Positions 59,966 through 64,000 of a stretch of 64,000 nucleotides of DNA are shown here, piece by piece (position 1 is the first letter of the stretch; the number at the start of each line of letters is the position of its first letter). The translations under genes and the position numbers were made by a program. Under the pieces are notes generated by a model. It was not told the origin of the DNA and did no database searches. It saw only the letters and a list, made by a program, of their open reading frames with translations. Location of the stretch: the IMG/VR virus record IMGVR_UViG_3300045988_154248; one strand, given 5' to 3'. This stretch comes from a virus.

Positions 59966-60420
59966 TTCATCTACACACTAACTCCAAAATCCATCACTCC
60001 ACCCAATCTCCCTATCTCACCACCCTCCCATTCCACCCATCCAAAAACAATCCACATTTTACCTAATAATCAAGCCCAAAACCCCATCATATCACCATAA
60101 AACCCCATATCGTACCCCTTATCGTAAACCTCAGTAATCAAGCCTTAAAATCACTCTGCCCTTCAAATTTTACTCTCCACTTTTTCACCCTCAATCAAAA
60201 ATACCCCATATAAATTCTGGCCTCAAACGATAAACATTTTACGGATTAAAAATTGCACTCTTCCTCTCTCCTTCACTATTTCAACACTCACCTATCTAAA
60301 CCATATCATATCATCACAAATCATCCTTACTATTGATCTAAGGACAAAACAGTATTATAATCAACCTAGAATCCATTCAAACACATACACCCTATAAACT
60401 GTCCACCAATACAAGAAAAG
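59966..60420 (+). other. G-depleted, C/A-rich tract (plus strand); G-run-rich on the minus strand
   Basis: Hand count: 20 G in 450 nt (59971-60420), and a 108-nt stretch with no G at all (59966-60073). The minus strand at 60002-60038 reads GGGtggaatGGGaGGGtggtgagataGGGagattGGG. Confidence 0.85.
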
Positions 60421-60429
60421 AGGAAAATC

Positions 60430-60948
60430 ATGTCATTTCGTGATGAATTGTCCAGCCTTACACCAACGCAAGAACAGTTCCAGACTAAAGCAACATCTGA
60501 AGCACAAACAAATGCCAGACTTGATTATTCTGGTGTAAAAGATCTTTTACGCTCCAAAGCACAGCATAATGAGTACACAACTATAGGCAATCATAAATAT
60601 ATCTCTTGCTATTATCCGGATTCCTATTCGGGCGAACCAGAAGCTGCAGAATATGTCAGACGAGTCTGTGAAACAAGAACAACCATGCATAGAAGAGGAT
60701 TATTTTCTGGACAAGTACAAGAAACATCATGCATAATCTCTTATGTTATTACAAACCAATCTGCATATGATGAATATTTAAAAGAATTACAAAGACTTGC
60801 TGCAGAAGATGATATTCGTATATCTGTAGTAGGATATAATAAATTAGAAAAACGCACCGAAATATCAATTCCCTGTTGTCTCGGATCAACTTTACTGGCA
60901 AACAATTATATGTACAGAATCAAACTTAGTGTCAGCATCACATTTTAA
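60430..60948 (+). CDS. hypothetical protein
   Basis: ORF track 172 aa; AGAGGAAAATC SD. Confidence 0.55.
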   Translation: MSFRDELSSLTPTQEQFQTKATSEAQTNARLDYSGVKDLLRSKAQHNEYTTIGNHKYISCYYPDSYSGEPEAAEYVRRVCETRTTMHRRGLFSGQVQETSCIISYVITNQSAYDEYLKELQRLAAEDDIRISVVGYNKLEKRTEISIPCCLGSTLLANNYMYRIKLSVSITF

Positions 60949-61303
60949 ATAGGAAATAACTCAAATAAAATAAGGGTAGATGACCATAAAAATCACCTAC
61001 CCTATACAAAAAGATACTTCTACAGATTTTAAATCAATTTTATATCCATACCCTAACAACTATCCACTAAGCACATTAAAATTTGTTCTAAACAAATAAT
61101 CTCACATACTCTCCTACGATCATACCCAAGAAATGATCTGTATCCTCTTATACCAGACACACCATGGGGGCTACTTTTAAACTCCAGCATAAAAAGATCT
61201 TCTATTTCATATATACCTATATAATATACAGAATTTACCATTTGAATGTTTGTTCGAATTATGCTAAAATTATTAATATCAAAAATATAAAGGACTGTTG
61301 GGC

Positions 61304-62074
61304 ATGAATGATTTATATAGCTTTTTCTATTGGGGAGATTACAATGCTCAGATGGCGGAATTAGCAAAAAGAGCACAGTCAGAGCCGTGGTCTTTTGGAA
61401 ATATAAACGATTATTCAATTTTAAAAAATTATATGAAACATACTTTCCAAAAACTGCAGAGTGAAGGGAAAATCGTTACAGCAAAATATTATTGTATTTT
61501 TAATACAGGCCTATATGATAATTATAACGAACCAATTTATGTATATGCAGAACCTAATAATAGATTAGGCTATTCAAGTTGGATATTTAAAGGATTCAAA
61601 GATTGTTATGAGCTAGGCGATTTAAAAATCATTGATTTACCAGAAAGAGCTGATTACTTTTTTGATCCAGGCAAACTCATATTCAACTGGCATTATCCCG
61701 TTAATGTTCATTATGAACACATCTTAGATGACCTTAATACAGCGCAGCGTTTACCAGAACGTATTCGGACAAGTGATCTTGCATTGGAAACACTAAAAGG
61801 AGTAATCGATTCTTCAATTCAAAAGGTTACTGCGAATTATAAGCTTGCTATTCCTCATTACTACAATAACAGGATTCAGCTAATGATTCCATTATATTTC
61901 AACAAAAATAATATTCCTGACGTTGCATTGGTGCTTAATGAAATAGATGGAAAGTGTTACCAAGCAAGAACATGTCTTTCCATGAAGATGGCATACATTG
62001 ATGCAAGGATTATTTCTAAGCCTGATGTGTTCTGGTTATCCTTTGATACAATTAATGCAAGAGAAGAAGAATAA
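61304..62074 (+). CDS. DUF3825-like protein (tentative)
   Basis: C-terminal YKLAIPHYYNNRIQLMIPLYF..DVALVLNEIDGKCYQARTCLSMKMAYIDARIISKPDVFWL matches my recollection of the DUF3825 core; ATG 61304. Confidence 0.45.
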   Translation: MNDLYSFFYWGDYNAQMAELAKRAQSEPWSFGNINDYSILKNYMKHTFQKLQSEGKIVTAKYYCIFNTGLYDNYNEPIYVYAEPNNRLGYSSWIFKGFKDCYELGDLKIIDLPERADYFFDPGKLIFNWHYPVNVHYEHILDDLNTAQRLPERIRTSDLALETLKGVIDSSIQKVTANYKLAIPHYYNNRIQLMIPLYFNKNNIPDVALVLNEIDGKCYQARTCLSMKMAYIDARIISKPDVFWLSFDTINAREEE

Positions 62075-62098
62075 AATAATATATGAAAATACATTCCT

Positions 62099-62135
62099 AT
62101 AGCAGATGAGAGAAATCTTGTCTGCTATTTTTTTA
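62099..62135 (+). terminator. intrinsic terminator
   Basis: 8-bp stem atagcaga / tctgctat, 14-nt loop, then TTTTTTT. Confidence 0.65.
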
Positions 62136-62455
62136 TGCTCAAAATCAAAAATTGACAAATCATAAAACACAAAAACGATTCAAATCGTATGGAGAATAAG
62201 TGAATACCAAAGCAAATCATAAATAAAAAAGGAGATATTTACTATAAATAATAATTTGAAACTGATTACAACAGAAAAATTTGTTACAGAACAGAGAATG
62301 AACAGATAGACGAACTTGGACTCCGAAAGGAGTGCAATTAATCTCATATAATAATTATATATTTATATAATAATTAATTAAGTGCAAAAAGTGGTCAAAA
62401 TCTACCCACTTAGTGGGAGTGTTTTGGAGTGTAGTGGTCAAAATCGATACACTTT

Positions 62456-63451
62456 TTGCACCATGTAAAAAATGGAGGTAAAATTATTAACGATCAAAAT
62501 TTAAAATCAATTCAAATTTCTATACCAAAAGATATACTTCACTCTTCTGCTTTTTCAAATTATGAAATTGCAGCGTACTGTTTTTTAAAAACTGTAGTGA
62601 CTGTCACATACACAACAGAACATTGTATATCTTATTCTCAGGCCAGCTATTATCTAACTGGATCTACAAAATATTCTAAACGATTCCCTGTATATATAAA
62701 AAACGGAATAGATAGACTTATTCAAAAAGGAATTATTATCCAAAAAGGAGTCGCTCAAAAAGAATATATTTTAGACTGTTCTTGCTTATGGGATGATACA
62801 AAAGATGCTCCGTTTGTTATTATTGATTTTTTTGAAATAAGAAAAATATTTCAAATAACAGACTGTAATAATTTTCAATTGCTTAGATATTTTTCAATTC
62901 TTATTGGTACGATCAGCTCTTCTATCGATGTGTGGCTCGATTCATTAGAACACAAAAGTCGTGTCGTTGGCAATATGACGATCGAATATCTGTCCGATTT
63001 ATCTGGAATTTCCATAAGAAGTATAAAAGAATATAATCGCGTTTTGGAGAAAAATCAGTTGATCTATATTTTTCGCCAAGATGATTTTTTACTATCACCT
63101 GATGAAAAAAATATTTCTCGTATGACAAACGTGTATGGTCGGCCTGCAGATAAATTATACATTGATTCTTATGCTGGATCACAGAAAAAAGAAAAGAAAT
63201 CTTACAAATGGATTAATAGTGAAGTTGAAAATGCGAATCGTAAACGTAAGCTGGCCCAAATGTATAACCAGATTGCAAAGGGTAAGGGTCAAAAATACTC
63301 TTTGGAAGAAATTCAGCAGGTATATGATTATATTCATTCTGAAAATAGCAAATATAAAGCTATGTATAAAGAGAATAAATACGAGGAGTACTTAACAAAA
63401 CAAAGAGATGAAACTGTTTTTGAAAAATTGAATTTAAAGAAAGAAGGATAA
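62456..63451 (+). CDS. hypothetical protein, possible replication-organiser/winged-helix protein; start codon uncertain
   Basis: ORF track 331 aa from TTG 62456 (no SD). The only SD (GGAGG 62474-62478) is followed in frame by ATT 62483/62486. TIEYLSDLSGISIRSIKEYNRVLEKNQLIYIF looks like a wHTH. Confidence 0.5.
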   Translation: MHHVKNGGKIINDQNLKSIQISIPKDILHSSAFSNYEIAAYCFLKTVVTVTYTTEHCISYSQASYYLTGSTKYSKRFPVYIKNGIDRLIQKGIIIQKGVAQKEYILDCSCLWDDTKDAPFVIIDFFEIRKIFQITDCNNFQLLRYFSILIGTISSSIDVWLDSLEHKSRVVGNMTIEYLSDLSGISIRSIKEYNRVLEKNQLIYIFRQDDFLLSPDEKNISRMTNVYGRPADKLYIDSYAGSQKKEKKSYKWINSEVENANRKRKLAQMYNQIAKGKGQKYSLEEIQQVYDYIHSENSKYKAMYKENKYEEYLTKQRDETVFEKLNLKKEG

Positions 63452-63452
63452 A

Positions 63453-64000
63453 ATGTCAGATACTAAACATTATTTAAAATTACTACTCACGAATATTCAT
63501 AAAAAATATTCACTAAAAGATACCATTGATAAAAACGAATATTCTTTTACTATGATGAAACTAAGTCAAAACAACATAACTCCGCAAGAGGCTTTAATGT
63601 GTTATTTAGATCAAGAATCGTCAATTCTCGACCCATCGAATGAAGTGTTGGACAATACAATTTCTTTATTGAATTATCTTTTATCTTATATTACTGCAAA
63701 TTTTAATATAAAAACCATTGCAGGTTGTTACAAAATTACGAATAGAGAAACTGGTGAAATATACATTGGAGAAACAGTCAATATGTTTGCAAGGTTCTCG
63801 CAACATATCAGTATGTTGTATAACGGTACACATCATTGCATAGCTCTTCAAGAATCATTTAATAAAAACAAAGACATTGACCGTTTTTCTTTTAAGCCTA
63901 TTTTCTTTTTTGAAACATCCTATTACAAAGGCAGAGCAGTAACAAAAACAAGAACACTATATTTAGAAGCTGCATATTATTTAACTTATCGTTATAAAAA
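63453..64000 (+). CDS. GIY-YIG domain protein, runs off the window end
   Basis: Own translation from ATG 63453: ..IAGCYKITNRETGEIYIGETVNMFARFSQH.. (GIY..YIG..R motifs about 95 aa from the N-terminus). Confidence 0.6.
   Translation, partial: MSDTKHYLKLLLTNIHKKYSLKDTIDKNEYSFTMMKLSQNNITPQEALMCYLDQESSILDPSNEVLDNTISLLNYLLSYITANFNIKTIAGCYKITNRETGEIYIGETVNMFARFSQHISMLYNGTHHCIALQESFNKNKDIDRFSFKPIFFFETSYYKGRAVTKTRTLYLEAAYYLTYRYK

Noticed and set aside
61053-61418. Minus-strand track ORF 61053-61418.
   Set aside because: It is antisense to and overlaps the start of the plus-strand DUF3825-like gene. It sits in a plus-strand block, has no SD, and has an implausible composition.

Overview
AT-rich sequence (about 30-32% G+C in spot counts of 60-nt lines), extremely gene-dense, with Firmicutes-type GGAGG Shine-Dalgarno sites. 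I read it as the early/accessory half of a large temperate phage or phage-plasmid; no virion genes are visible. From 1 to 58.3 kb nearly all genes are on the minus strand, about 150 mostly tiny ORFs that often overlap by 1-8 nt. A roughly 2 kb non-coding control/origin-like region follows (58.4-60.4 kb), then a plus-strand block runs to 64 kb.

Recognisable content:
- A five-gene NAD+ operon at 6.4-10.5 kb: nicotinamidase, PRPP-synthetase-like, NAMPT-like, macrodomain and NadE.
- A PurA/PurZ-like gene at the window edge, a vWA protein, an ABC-type ATPase, three ParB/Srx-fold proteins (one DUF262) and a sigma-factor-like gene.
- A MazF-type toxin with a consensus promoter and operator repeats.
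- RNA 2'-phosphotransferase (Tpt1/KptA), a C5 DNA methyltransferase, a tyrosine recombinase and a short serine recombinase.
- A LexA-like wHTH protein and a GIY-YIG protein.
- An intact IS4/IS701-like insertion with a 7-bp target duplication (34581-35906).

Most notable non-genic signals:
- A dispersed TGAAA-N6-TTTCA palindrome sits just upstream of the SD at more than 20 gene junctions.
- A 114-nt tRNA-like element is bracketed by about 190-bp direct repeats.
- A promoter-to-terminator sRNA unit lies on the otherwise silent plus strand.
- A GC-rich island (55.65-59.0 kb) ends in about 580 nt of hairpin-dense non-coding sequence containing three 21-nt direct repeats.
- An origin-like region carries three contiguous DnaA boxes inside a 19-bp inverted repeat.
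- A 450-nt tract is almost devoid of G on the plus strand.
- Several small genes carry in-frame stops or frameshifts.
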